A stretch of DNA of 64,000 bases from Octopus bimaculoides (taxonomy: Eukaryota). The notes under the pieces were generated by a model. The model searched no databases. It was given only the letters and a program-made list of their open reading frames with translations, and had not been told where the DNA came from. The stretch is from positions 55,551,874 to 55,615,873 of the forward strand of contig NC_068990.1 of assembly GCF_001194135.2 (NCBI RefSeq), written 5' to 3'. Positions 52,043 through 63,923 of the stretch are shown here, one piece after another; position 1 is the first letter of the stretch, and every line of letters begins with the position of its first letter. Made by a program: the position numbers and the translations under genes.

Positions 52043-52527
52043 ACTAAGCCATGCGCCTTCACAAAATTGTTAAACATCTTACCAAACAATAGAATAGGTG
52101 TTTTCTCTAAGTCATGTTGCCTCAATAAAGTTGACCTATCTCAACAAGTGTAGTTTCAAACATGACATTCCTCAACAAAAAATAGTTAAGTGTATAAAAT
52201 GGCTTTCCGTTCTTAAGAGTAACGAAATTTTGTGTGACTACATCTGATTTCTGCTGTGAAAGGTTTATGTCAGTCGCTTTCAAACGGTGGGGTGCAGATT
52301 AATATTTTCTGAGATAGGCACAAGACCATATATTTTGGTGGGGAAAAACAGTCTTTAATAACAATGACTCACTACTTCATTTTATCGACTCAAAAAGGAT
52401 AAAAATTAAAGTTCACCACAGCGAAATTTGAACCCAGAAACTAAAATGAGGGAGTTAAATATCATAAGTCATTGTTGTACGACTGATTGTTTGAGATTGC
52501 GTCACGCATTAACATTAGCATAATAGA

Positions 52528-52746
52528 AGGTGACGAGCTGGCAGAATCGTTTGCACGCCGGGCAAAATGCTTAACGGCATTTCGTCCGTCCTTACGTTCT
52601 GAGTTCAAATTCCGCGGTGGTCCACTTTGTCTTTCATTCCTTTCAGGGTCGATAAAATAAGTACCAGTAGAACGCTGGAGTCGATGTAATTGACTTAAGC
52701 CCTCTCCCAAAATTGCTGGCCTTGTGCCAAATTTGAAACCAATATT
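52528..52746 (+). mobile_element. SINE family A, full-length reference copy
   Basis: gagctggcagaatcgtttgcacgccgggcaaaatgcttaacgg..gagttcaaattcc..ggggtcgataaaataagtaccag..gctggccttgtgccaaatttgaaaccaat. Confidence 0.9.
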
Positions 52747-53165
52747 AGCATAATTTTATATCATATTTTCTGGAAACGAATTGGTTTTGTTCCTGTTATT
52801 GTTCGAGAAGAGCTTCTAATATAATTTGTAATGTTTGTTCCTGCACCAGTTGTCAAATCTGTAATGTTTGTTAACAGATTATTGGATGTCATTGAAATCT
52901 TGAGGGACTCTCACTGTATTTTGTTCATCATCAAATGTGTCGTTGTTTATTTGATCTGTATGAGCTTCAATACACTATTCATTCAGAAGAGTCATAAGTG
53001 TATTATGTTCATGCTTAAGATATAAATAGAGCTTTCTTTGGTTTATCGTTCTTTTGTATACTTCCGTATCGTTACTAAACTGAAGCTGTTGTGTCATAAG
53101 GCATTTTTTGTTTGGTTATCGTAGTCTGCCCATCAAAGCAGATGAACCAAGAAATCTTTCTAAAT

Positions 53166-53499
53166 CAGGGATTTTCAATCATTTTTTATCCATGGACCCC
53201 TTTGTTTATTATTTTATTCTGGTGGACCCTCAAAGCCATTCTGTATTTATAAACTAGTTTTATTCCTATTTTGTTTATCATACTTTAACTTATGTAGGTT
53301 GAACTATGCAAAATGTTAGAGAAAGAAACCTGTCTGTTTCTTTCAATAAATACCAACACATGCACCTAAAGAAACATTTTTTTCAGAAACCCTTTAAAAT
53401 ACTACCGTTGATCCCCAGTTTACTATTTTGTGGCAATGGACCCTCCCCCATCTTATATGGACCCTCAGGGGCCATATAAATCCCGGCTGAGAACCTCTG
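53166..53499. mobile_element. hAT-type MITE
   Basis: TIRs cagggattttcaa and ggctgagaacctctg. 8-bp flanks ttctaaat and ttgtaaat (7/8 identical) fit a hAT TSD. Confidence 0.75.
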
Positions 53500-55870
53500 T
53501 TGTAAATGAAGGATTTTCCGGTAATATAAAAGCACGTGACATAAATGCACATTAATAGTACTGAAATTGTTACTTGATGAATATACTTTTACAGTCATTT
53601 TAACTTATGCGACCATTTGATTCTGAATGATATGGAGTTTTACGCAACTTTACATCCGATCTTATCAAGCCATATATGCATATTGCAAAATTACAATGTC
53701 CCTATTGCCGAACATACGAGCATTGTCGGCCATAATGTTTATAGAATACTATTTTTGGCGCTCACAGTTCTTAATACAGTTATTGCTTCTTTATTCTTAA
53801 TCCTTGTGACTTGTTGCAACTCAAAGTATTCATCAAGTATAAGGAACAGTTCTTAATTCTGAAATGAAACCTGGTCCGTATGCACACGTTTCTTTACCTT
53901 AATTTCTTTAGGCCTTATGTATATTGTGTGAGTCATGGAGTATATCTTATGTATCATGCCACGTCTTCGCAGTAACCAAGTCATCATACAATTTCTAACA
54001 CTTCTTTGTCGTTGAGCAACAGTTTCTTTTTTATCATCAATGTTGTCATACAGGTCGATGGAACAATTAATTTTCTATCACACAAGATACCATCTTCATC
54101 TAGTAACTTATTTTTCAATAACTGAAATAGCCTTTCAACTAAAAAACGATGGCTCTAATTTTTAAAATACTTTTTAATAAACCAACCAATTTATTAGCAT
54201 TGGCAATCTCCAACGTAATATTTTCGCGTCTTATAATATCACTTTCGACAAGATATATAATGGAATCATCATGACCATTGTCATACTCATTTAAACCAGT
54301 ATAATTAATAAATTCTAGTCGTGATAATGCATCAACATGTGCTATCTGTGACTAAGATACTTTATAATGGAATGTTGTTATTTGTAAGATCCATCTTGAA
54401 ATACATGCACATATTAATTTCGGTAAAACTCAATTTTTCACCAAAATAAATTTTGCTGGTCAATGATCCAAGACCACGCTAAAAGTATTGTGTTTTTTGA
54501 GTACACCCTACTATTGACAAGTCTTAACCTTTTAATAATTGAATGTCTTGCTTCAGCTGTTGTTATATTTGCTCTTGGCAAATATAGTGCAAGATGTCTA
54601 TCTTGTGAAAATATTTCTAATGTAGCCCTTTCACCAGTTGTTAAGGTAACTTCTTTCGAAGCATCATAAATATTGACTACTGACTTTGATAAACTCAAAT
54701 GCCTTTCTTGTTCGACTTCTCATGAAAACGAGACACTTCGTTCGCGAAATGATGCAAACTGATATGTGGTCTGAATAATGATAATAAATCTTAACAAGTC
54801 CCCAAAATTATTCTAATTACTTCTTGTTCCTTGTCGTTTTGCATCCATAATTCTCACTACTAAACGAAGATATACTTTCCTTTGCCCAGCTATATAGTCT
54901 CAAGAGACAATTCACCAGCCTGACATTAGAACGCAATTGATCACTATGTTTGATAATTGCGAACTTTTTATGGTTTTACCTACTTCGATCTGTAGATTTA
55001 CAATAGTTTTACAACCATAAATACATCATCTTGATAAATAATAACATTATCAATGTTATTTCCAATAGCATATTCAGTTGCTTTCCGAAATCTAGCACTG
55101 GCTGTTTTAATTTCATATTGAAGACATGTCTGTCTTAAAAGACACATAGGTGTATTGATCCACGTAACTGCTCTTGCTTCAGAACATATTTGTATTTGAT
55201 AACATGTCTCCTTTAAACCCAGAATGGCGTAATAATTCATGCCACAAAGAGGACGAAATGTCTATTCAATATTTGGAGATGGATAAGAATTTGAATAAAT
55301 TCTTTCATTTATACTTGATTTACAGTCTACTCATATTCCAAAATCTCCATCCATCTTTCGCTCAACTACCAAAGAAGAGGCCCATTAACTTCATTCAGGA
55401 GGAACTTCTTCCGGAGGATCGTCCTTAATTAGTTTCCTCAGCTTCGTTAATATTAATGATTTAATGCGTATTGGTAATGATCTTGTCTCAAAATAACATG
55501 ACCCAATATTTTCTTTGAGTGTAAGCCTGAAAACCAATTGTTCTTCCAAATTGTCCTGGAGTTTCCATCTCATGGATTAATATTTAACTCTCGACAATCG
55601 CCACACCTATACCAATTAAGTAATGAAATATTTTTTTTATATTCAACAACTATTTTCTTATAACATCTTAAAATTTCAATATATGACTCATCAAACTATT
55701 TTAGCCTTTGGTTACGCATTCTTTTGGTTATTTCAAATCTATCCAGAAGCTCTAAAATATTTTAGTTACATAAATACCAGTGTCGACTTGTATTCTAATG
55801 TTAGTATTATTTTCAGATTGAACATTGTAATATTTCTATGTTAATTTCACAAATACTTGCAGAATCTACC
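53500..55870 (-). mobile_element. Decayed Gypsy LTR retrotransposon pol (PR-RT-RNH-IN); may extend to about 52760
   Basis: Domain order on the minus strand: IQVDTG (protease), WINTPMCL..YEIKTASARF..IIYQDDVF (RT), YDASKEVTLTT..TTAEARHSII (RNase H), RVHTD..LILDEYF..TVLRTV (integrase). Many stops. Confidence 0.8.
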
Positions 55871-56199
55871 TTTTTAATTTCCTTAACCTTTTCTATAGAT
55901 TTACATGCTACTTAAAATGATAGTTTTTCTCTGAATTTCTGAAATGAGAAATTCTTATATTTATCCGGACAAATCCAAACTGGTGTTTTCATCTGGATTT
56001 CTCTATTCATAACGTTTCAATTGTTGCATTTTTCAGTCTCTTTCAGATGCCAATCGTATATGGTTATGTGCTCGGAATTTCAAACCGAACCCTTATTTAA
56101 ATTCACGGGGATAGATTGTTCTCATTTCCCTATCCATACCAAAGATATTCCCTTATTTGCTATTCTCCTATTTGTGATGTTATCTGAGCCCTCTTAGTT

Positions 56200-57060
56200 C
56201 TTAACTCTTAGATCCTCCAATGCTGTCAGCACAATGGGAAACGAATCTTCTCCAAACATCCCGATTATTCACTTTCCACTTAGCGCTACTCTGGCCGACT
56301 CCCATCGCTACCATGCCGTCGCTGAATATACTGCTCCACGTCTTCCATGGTCTTCTTCTCGGTCTTTTTCATATTTCTGGCGTCCACTCCATCACGAGGG
56401 CATCATATCTCTCCTGCGGTAATCAAAACAAATGGCTAGCAAACTATATCTGTGACTTAGTCACCACATCCTATAAATTTCCCATGCCAGCTCTTCTCAT
56501 CACTCCTTCGTTTCTCATTCTGCCTCGGTAAGAGATGCTAAGGATTGAACGTAGGCAGCGTCAATTGAACGTAGGCAGCGTCAATTGAACGTAGGCAGCG
56601 TCAATTGAACGTAGGCAGCGTCAATTGAACACGTCAATTGAACACGTCTGGCAGATTTCAGGTTGATATAAAAATAGATGAGTATCACTGCAGCTTTATC
56701 TTCTTACTGATGGTCTTCGATCTCCATATTGGAAAAAGGCGTTCGAATATTGACTTTGCCTTACCTATACTGGTTTTGACTTCAACTTCTACATCACCCT
56801 CGTTGGAAATACAGCTTCCGAGATATCTAAATTATCGACGTGCACGATTTCGTCTTGTTCAAGATTGATAAATTTTGCTTGGGTTCCACCAATTTACGTT
56901 ACTTGTTTTTTTAAAGAGCTAATCCGCAGACTTGGTTTCGCGCCCGAACTGTATAGGCCATCTGTCATCACCTGCAGCTTATCTCTGTCAGAGCTTAGTA
57001 ACGCCAAGTCAGTGTGCACGGTCCCCAAGTAATTCCAAAACTGGCGCTAGCTATTGCCTT
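56200..57060 (-). mobile_element. RTE-clade LINE 3' fragment
   Basis: LALLSSDRDKLQVMTD, RYLGSCISNEGDVEVEVKTSIGKAKSIFERL, RCLRSI, RMRNEGVMRRAG, EWTP..RPRRRPWKTW. Confidence 0.85.
56544..56646. repeat. 20-bp tandem repeat, 4 copies (attgaacgtaggcagcgtca), inside the RTE fragment
   Basis: Exact repeats at 56544, 56564, 56584 and 56604, plus partial copies. Confidence 0.95.
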
Positions 57061-57117
57061 CCGTATAATGAAATCAATTACTATTAGAAATAGGAACGGC
57101 GACAAGATGCAACTATA

Positions 57118-57119
<2 letters not shown>

Positions 57120-57158
<39 letters not shown>

Positions 57159-57265
57159 TGTGTGTGTGTGTGAGTGTGTGTGTGTGTGTGTGTGAGTGTG
57201 TGTGTGTGTGAGTGTGTGAGTGTGTGTGTCTGTGTGTGTATGTGTGTGTGCACGCGCGCGCGCGT
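57120..57265. repeat. (TG)n with interspersed AG and a terminal (CG)n
   Basis: Directly visible alternating purine-pyrimidine tract. Confidence 0.95.
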
Positions 57266-57315
57266 ATTTGTATCAGTTGAATAAAGTTAAAACATGGTCT
57301 GGTCTTTTATTATAG

Positions 57316-57479
57316 TACATTATTTACATTATTTACATTTGACGGATATTTGTCCTCATCCTGTTTTGTTGTTAACGCAACGTTTCGGCTGATATATCCT
57401 CCAGTCTTCATCAGGTGTTTTGAAGAAATTTCGAACCTGGGTTCTCATTCCTAAGGTATTTTTTCGATGTTATTATTAC

Positions 57480-57512
<33 letters not shown>

Positions 57513-57590
57513 TATTATTTAGGTCACTGCCTGGAATCGAACTCGGAATTTTGGGATTAGTAGCTCGCGCTCTTAACCACTACACCATAT
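57316..57590 (-). mobile_element. tRNA-headed short element with internal (ATT)n and a 3' hammerhead-bearing Penelope-like segment
   Basis: Minus strand: A box tggtgtagtgg, B box gagttcgattcc, (ATT)n, aacatcgaaaaaataccttagg..., hammerhead, tail aatgtaaat repeats. Confidence 0.8.
57374..57419 (-). ncRNA. Minimal type I hammerhead ribozyme motif (Penelope-type)
   Basis: AACAC CUGAUGA A GACUG-gaggaUaUaU-CAGCC GAAAC GUU GCGUU. The core is intact, stem III is the ACGU palindrome, and the triplet is GUU. One mismatch each in stems I and II. Confidence 0.78.
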
Positions 57591-58065
57591 TTTATTATGG
57601 TATTAAAACAATATTTTGTTATGCTCATAAAATTAAATTAGCGCTTTCATACATTGTATAATCATCAGATTTCAAATGTGTTTACCTGACAGTTGAGTTC
57701 TTGACAACTTTAGTACCTCTTGGAACGCTCCAACAAGCTGAATTTTTAGAATACCTTTTTGACCAATCCGCATGCATCTTAAACATCACTGTTTGTCAGG
57801 CGTACTGATATATATNNNNNNNNNNNNNNNNNNNNNNNNNNNNNNNNNNNNNNNNNNNNNNNNNNNNNNNNNNNNNNNNNNNNNNNNNNNNNNNNNNNNN
57901 NNNNNNNNNNNNNNNNNNNNNNNNNNNNNNNNNNNNNNNNNNNNNNNNNNNNNNNNNNNNNNNNNNNNNNNNNNNNNNNNNNNNNNNNNNNNNNNNNNNN
58001 NNNNNNNNNNNNNNNNNNNNNNNNNNNNNNNNNNNNNNNNNNNNNNNNNNNNNNNNNNNNNNNNN

Positions 58066-58098
<33 letters not shown>

Positions 58099-59098
58099 TG
58101 TTTGGCAGACTCAGTTATTAAACTCACGTCCACCAGCTAAACTCTTAACGCTTAATCAACGCTTATATTCACAACTCTAAATGCAGGACATTTTGATGGT
58201 GCTTGCTTTATATTCACAGAAGCGACATTATAATCAAATTTATACTTGTCTCTATCACCTTGTGATATCACAGTGATATCATCAAGATCACTCTTGCCTT
58301 TTTTCGTCTTTTACTTTCAGTCATCTGAACGAAATCATTTTTGGCTATAGGAATGAATTCAATGCATTCATTAAGATTCTGATCGCATGATGAAAAATAT
58401 TCTGTTTTCACACGATGCCCAGGCGATTGCATGCAATCCCTGACTTTCATTTCAATCAAATAGTTTTCAGTGATTTGTCCTTTAGTCCCAAATTTTGTAT
58501 ATTCGTGAAAACGAAGTGAACCGATTCACGTATTGTTTAAGAATAACTTTGAATATATTCAGTTAGATTTTGATATTGTAATAACATTCTGGCCCCTTCA
58601 GAAAATAATCAAATTCTTTGGAAGACGATCCCATGACATTGTCACATATCTCACATTGTTAAAACTCATTTCATGTTCCGGGGGTTTTCACCGTTACCGA
58701 AATGTTTTGCATAACCATCACATATGCTTCAGATTAAAACAAATCTGAAATTTTACTTCTAGTTATTAGTGTTCGCAAGATCTAGTATTCTTGCTGTAGA
58801 GTTAATACATCGCCAGCAAGCTTCTCTCATATTTGCCTCAATAACAGAAAATCCATTCTTAATCGTCCACGGCATTTCCCCGTCATACGATGTTTATCAA
58901 AATCAAGTCGTTGTCGCACACGATCTTTTACATTTACTTATTTTATGCGAATGACCAGCCAAGCTGTTATACAGAAGTGACAGCCAATAGATCTAATAAC
59001 ATGCAAGTACGCAAAATGCATGCAATAATATTGGCTTAATAACAACACACCGCACTGTATCCTGACCTCTGTTCCATATTCAAGTGATATGCTACTAC

Positions 59099-60622
59099 TG
59101 TAGGGAAGGATTCGTGGCAGACTAACTGTAGACAGAAACTTCGCTGCGGGCAAGCTAGGAAGTTGGTCAGTAGTAAAACAAAAGGGACTTCCGGTTCGAG
59201 AAGGAAAATAAAACAATGTCAATAGTGAGTGTGAAACGAATCTGAGTGAACTAAACAGAAATAACTGGCGACTTAAGCCCTGATGTACGTAAAGTAATAA
59301 ACCTTTGATAGATGTATTCTCGTCTCCACTTGTTTGTTTGCGTATAGCTTAACGAAGCTATAACTGGTGACCCCGACGATAGGACAACAGCTCCCGCTTC
59401 CGATACAAACATGGCTAGCAACAAAACAACGCTGAGGCTACCACAGTTCTGGCCTAAGAGGGCTGAACTGTGGTTCGCGCAGGCGGAAGCTTAATTCGAT
59501 ATAAACAAGGTAACGGCCGACCAAACGAAGTACTTCCACGTTATGGCGGCACTAGACGAAGACACGGCAACGAGGGTGCTGGACATTTTAACCCATCCCC
59601 CACCAACAAAAAAATTAGGCCATATTGAAAGATAGGCTAGTCGATACATTCCGATTCGGTGAAAGAGAAGCGGCAGCCAAGATACTGGAGGAGGAATCAG
59701 GCGATTCCAAGCCTTCAGAACTGATGTACAGGATGTTGGCANNNNNNNNNNNNNNNNNNNNNNNNNNNNNNNNNNNNNNNNNNNNNNNNNNNNNNNNNNN
59801 NNNNNNNNNNNNNNNNNNNNNNNNNNNNNNNNNNNNNNNNNNNNNNNNNNNNNNNNNNNNNNNNNNNNNNNNNNNNNNNNNNNNNNNNNNNNNNNNNNNN
59901 NNNNNNNNNNNNNNNNNNNNNNNNNNNNNNNNNNNNNNNNNNNNNNNNNNNNNNNNNNNNNNNNNNNNNNNNNNNNNNNNNNNNNNNNNNNNNNNNNNNN
60001 NNNNNNNNNNNNNNNNNNNNNNNNNNNNNNNNNNNNNNNNNNNNNNNNNNNNNNNNNNNNNNNNNNNNNNNNNNNNNNNNNNNNNNNNNNNNNNNNNNNN
60101 NNNNNNNNNNNNNNNNNNNNNNNNNNNNNNNNNNNNNNNNNNNNNNNNNCCGGACGCAGGTTTTTCGTCAACACAGGAGCAGAAGTCAGCGTGATCCCGG
60201 TATCGGTAAGGGACCTCCGTCACGGAAAGCGGAGCTAACCTTTAACAGTCGCCAACGGGTCCACAATCGAGGCATACGGTCATTGCACCCTTCTCTCAAC
60301 ATCGGTTCACAAAAACACGGATGGGCTGGACAATAAAAACGCCTTCCCGTTTCCAATGACAGTCAACAGTTCTGAGGTGGGGAGCTATGTAGGGCAGGAT
60401 TCGTGACAGACGAACTGTAGACAGAAACTTCGCTGCGGGCTAGCTAGGAAGTTGGTTAGCACTAAAACAAAAGAGACTTCCGGTAGAAGAAGGAAAACAA
60501 AAGACTGTCAACAGTATGTGTGAAACGAATTTGAGTGAACTAAACAGAAATAACTGACGACTTAAGCCCTGATGTTCGTAAAGTAATAAACCTTTGATAA
60601 ATGTATTCTCGTCTCCACTATA
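59099..60622 (+). mobile_element. Internally deleted Gypsy (CsRn1-like) LTR element: LTR-PBS-gag-PR-PPT-LTR
   Basis: LTRs 59099-59362 and 60388-60622 (TG...TA), 4-bp TSD ctac at 59095-59098 and 60623-60626, PBS tggtgaccccgacg (tRNA-Trp-like) at 59365, PPT gaggtggggagc at 60374. Confidence 0.9.
59411..60290 (+). pseudogene. Gypsy gag and aspartic protease remnant
   Basis: MASNKTTLRLPQFWPKRAELWFAQAEA*F..TKYFHVMAALD..; after the gap, FFVNTGAEVSVIP..LTVANGSTIEAYG. One stop and a frameshift. Confidence 0.8.
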
Positions 60623-60719
60623 CTACAATCTTTCAGGGAAATGTTTTTACGGTATTTCTTCTAGCTTATATAGAAATATGCTCATGTTTCTGCGGATGGC
60701 TAATGATTTTATTGACTAG

Positions 60720-61390
60720 TTTCTAAATATTATTTTATAAAAGTCGTGTGTTTCAGTTAGAGTGCTGTCGTGTTGTTTCTTTTCAGTGGTTGATTCGTCG
60801 GTTATTTTGTCAACATAGGTTGAAGGTATTGGTTTATCCGCTTTCAATAGAGTCTCCTTCATTTTCATTGGATAATTTATTGAGAGGGATATCTTTTTCG
60901 CTTGTTGTTTTGTTGTCACTTTTTATTGACCGATTTATTGGATTTTTTTAATGGCTCAGTTTTGTTATATCCGGTTTCGCGCAATGGTTATGCTGTTTCT
61001 GTCTGTATTAACTCTGTGGGTGTTCTGCTTGATGTTTGTAAATTTTGCAATTCTGTTTACAGCTTCTTTGTGGTTGGTACCCCTAAATTACTAGTTTCTT
61101 CAATTTTGCTTGTTCGGTCAAAACTGTTGTTTCGTAGAATTCGGTATTGTCGTATCTTCACCGCCACCTCCGCTGATATACCATCAGATATTCCGCCTGT
61201 TTGCAATTCAGATCAGTTTTAAAAAATGAATTTTTCTGGGGTCCATAGTATTATATTGTATCATTTCTTTGATTGAGTAAGCCCATGTGTTGTGTAATTA
61301 TGTTGTATTTTCCGTCGTGCATTCGAGAGCCGAGTCAGTTCCAGAAGCGTTGACATTCATATAAGCACTCTGTATTATTGCTTATTTATA
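60720..61390 (-). mobile_element. Decayed retroelement-like ORF fragment, family unassigned
   Basis: An A/C-rich strand with semi-open reading VAVKIRQYRILRNNSFDRTSKIEE, loosely like non-LTR N-terminal regions. Confidence 0.3.
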
Positions 61391-61454
61391 TTTATATTGT
61401 TCTCTTGAAGGTCCTAAATATGATTAACCAAAAACATGGCGTTCCTTTTGTATA

Positions 61455-62420
61455 TATTAGTTTCAAATTTTGGTGCAAGTCCAGAAATTTCGCTCAGTGC
61501 TCAACTGGTATTTATTTTATCGACCCTGAAAGGATGGAAGGCAAAGTCGGGATCTATTTCAAAACGGGGGCACCCGTTTTCATTTATGTTTTATGTAGTG
61601 TTTTTGTACCGAAAGACTTTCAAACTTCGTATACTTATCTATTTTGTGTTATAGAACAGAAAAAATTTTTTGTATTCGAATTTATTTCATGTAAAAAATT
61701 GTCTTATTTCGATAATTTCTACTAATCAGACGTCTATTCAGTTGAAAACAGTTAGCGCTGTAACGGTGTATATCGTATTAATCCCCTAACCCTAACCCTA
61801 ACCCTATCTAGACTGTTAACCCTAACCNNNNNNNNNNNNNNNNNNNNNNNNNNNNNNNNNNNNNNNNNNNNNNNNNNNNNNNNNNNNNNNNNNNNNNNNN
61901 NNNNNNNNNNNNNNNNNNNNNNNNCCTAACCCTAACCCTAACCCTAAAACTAACCCTAACTCTAGAATCCGAACTCTAAAATTGTTACACAGATAGATAC
62001 GCACAGCGTAATTTATTATATAAACAATATATGCGTATAAATTACGATTAAACCGGATGAAATATGTCACAGGGAATAACATTTTTATGACCGCCCAGCA
62101 GTAACTCTATTCAGCTGAATAGACGTCAGTGATTGGTTGAAATTACAGAAATACGACAACTTTAACATGGAATAACTTGCGATGTACGTTTTTTTGTTAA
62201 GAAGACTAAGAGTAAAAGATGTTTTATATGACACATTCTACCAGTGTCCCAAGTCTCAAAGTGTTTCGTTAGTGTTTCGTTAAGAAAATACTGGTGCCCC
62301 CGTTTTGAAATAGATCCCAAAGTCGACCTCGGCGGAAGTTGAAATCAGAACATAAAAAAAAAATATACGGCTAAGCATTTTCTCCAGTTAGCTAACGATT
62401 CTGCCAGGTCGTTGCCTTCA
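61455..62420 (-). mobile_element. SINE family A copy split by a MITE (61455-61548 and 62319-62420)
   Basis: The family A sequence ...ggcaaagtc|...|aaagtcgacctcggcggaa resumes exactly after the insert. Confidence 0.85.
61549..62318. mobile_element. MITE with perfect 26-bp TIRs, 6-bp TSD and an internal (CCCTAA)n array
   Basis: TIR gggatctatttcaaaacgggggcacc at 61549-61574 with an exact reverse complement at 62293-62318. TSD aaagtc. Telomere-like repeats at 61785-61960 span a gap. Confidence 0.9.
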
Positions 62421-62719
62421 TTTCCTTCTGTATAAATTGCAGAACGAGTATATGTATTATAAGTGTGTGTCGGTCTGATTTGAACCGTCTACTTCTTGTT
62501 CCGACATAGTCATCAATCGTTATTTTCCTCATCGCACTGCTGGTGTCTTGTAGATGACATTTTTTTAAATACAGTTTACAATTTACAAGAACGACTTTGA
62601 TCCATTGCTTTTTCATCTATTTTCGGTCGTGATGGGGTTGGGTCGCCAGAATTTTGGATACATACAGCTCGGATAGCATGTGATTGGAGTGTACACACAT
62701 ACATACATACATACATACA

Positions 62720-62752
<33 letters not shown>

Positions 62753-62761
62753 TAATACATA

Positions 62762-62957
62762 CGAGGAAGTGCTGAAAATTCCTGACTTTGAAGGTGTCAC
62801 GAACTTTCCGAGTTCTTTTACAGGGCTTAGAAAAACTGAAGGGCTGCTGCAATAAGCGTGTGAACCTGAGAGGAGAATATGTTGAATAAAACCATAATTA
62901 ACTGATTTTCCTGTATTTTCTTTTACCCAAACCTAGGAACCTCTCAGCACCCTCTCG
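62762..62957 (+). mobile_element. Mariner-derived MITE
   Basis: TA flanks; imperfect TIRs cgaggaagtgctgaaaattcct and aggaacctctcagcaccctctcg; residual GLEKLKGCCNKRVNLRGEYVE* resembles the mariner C-terminus. Confidence 0.75.
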
Positions 62958-63067
62958 TATATATATATATATATATATATAGGGTGGGCTAAAAGTCACG
63001 AACCAAAACATTTGACGTTTTATTTATATTATCATGGCGAGCTGGCTGGATCGTTAGCACTCGGGTA

Positions 63068-63277
63068 AAATATACGAAGCCCAGTATACTCATCATGACT
63101 ACTCTTCTGATAAGGATATACCAAGTACATGCACCACAACCATATGTACGCAACATGATTTCATATCAAGATAAACAGTGCAAAACCTTGCAGGTGGGGG
63201 TTCAGTTAGAATTTTCTTCATGCCGAGTAGCACATCCCACTCATAAGGTCCGTGAATAAGGGTTGTTGTTGTTGTTG

Positions 63278-63318
<41 letters not shown>

Positions 63319-63871
63319 GAGTGAGAGAGTAGTGCACGCCATCAATGTGACATGGGGTAAAATATACGAAACCCAGTATACCCATCATGACTACCCGTTT
63401 GATAAGGGTACACCAGGCACATGCATCACAACCATATGTGTGTGACATGGTGATCTCATACCAAGATAAACAGCGCATGACCTCGCAGGTGGGGCCCAGC
63501 TAGAATTTTCTTCAGGTCGAGTAGCCCATCCCGCTCAAAAGGATCCTGAATGAGGTTTGTTTAAGGATGTTGAGCAAAACACCCATGTTTCCAAAGGTGA
63601 ATTATTCAAACCCCAAAGAATTCCTCTCAACACATGGTTATGATGCTTCCCCACGACTTCTGCTCATGATCAGAGATGCACATATCGTCAGCCACCAAGG
63701 GACATGCTCAACTGGTTAAGGTCAAACAACTGACAAGTAAATCTGTGGTATTAAGCAGAATATTTGCTGTAGCTCATCTTTTATACCAAGACAAAATAAT
63801 GTACATGATAACACTTCCGATTAATTAAGATCAGAAACCATGAGAGCCACTGCCTGGTACTGCATCCGGGC

Positions 63872-63875
<4 letters not shown>
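63068..63875 (-). mobile_element. Family D: full copy at 63319-63875 and partial copy at 63068-63262, separated by (ATT/GTT)n
   Basis: Reverse complement of the 18171 copy. Confidence 0.9.

Positions 63876-63922
<47 letters not shown>

Positions 63923-63923
<1 letters not shown>

Noticed and set aside
56544-56646. CRISPR-like array
   Set aside because: The repeats are head-to-tail with no spacers, inside a eukaryotic LINE.
58150-59098. Semi-open minus-strand reading, the host sequence of the Gypsy insertion
   Set aside because: Many stops and no recognisable motif. It may be an old transposase but cannot be supported.
61785-61960. True telomere or chromosome fusion site
   Set aside because: The array is short and enclosed by MITE TIRs and a TSD.
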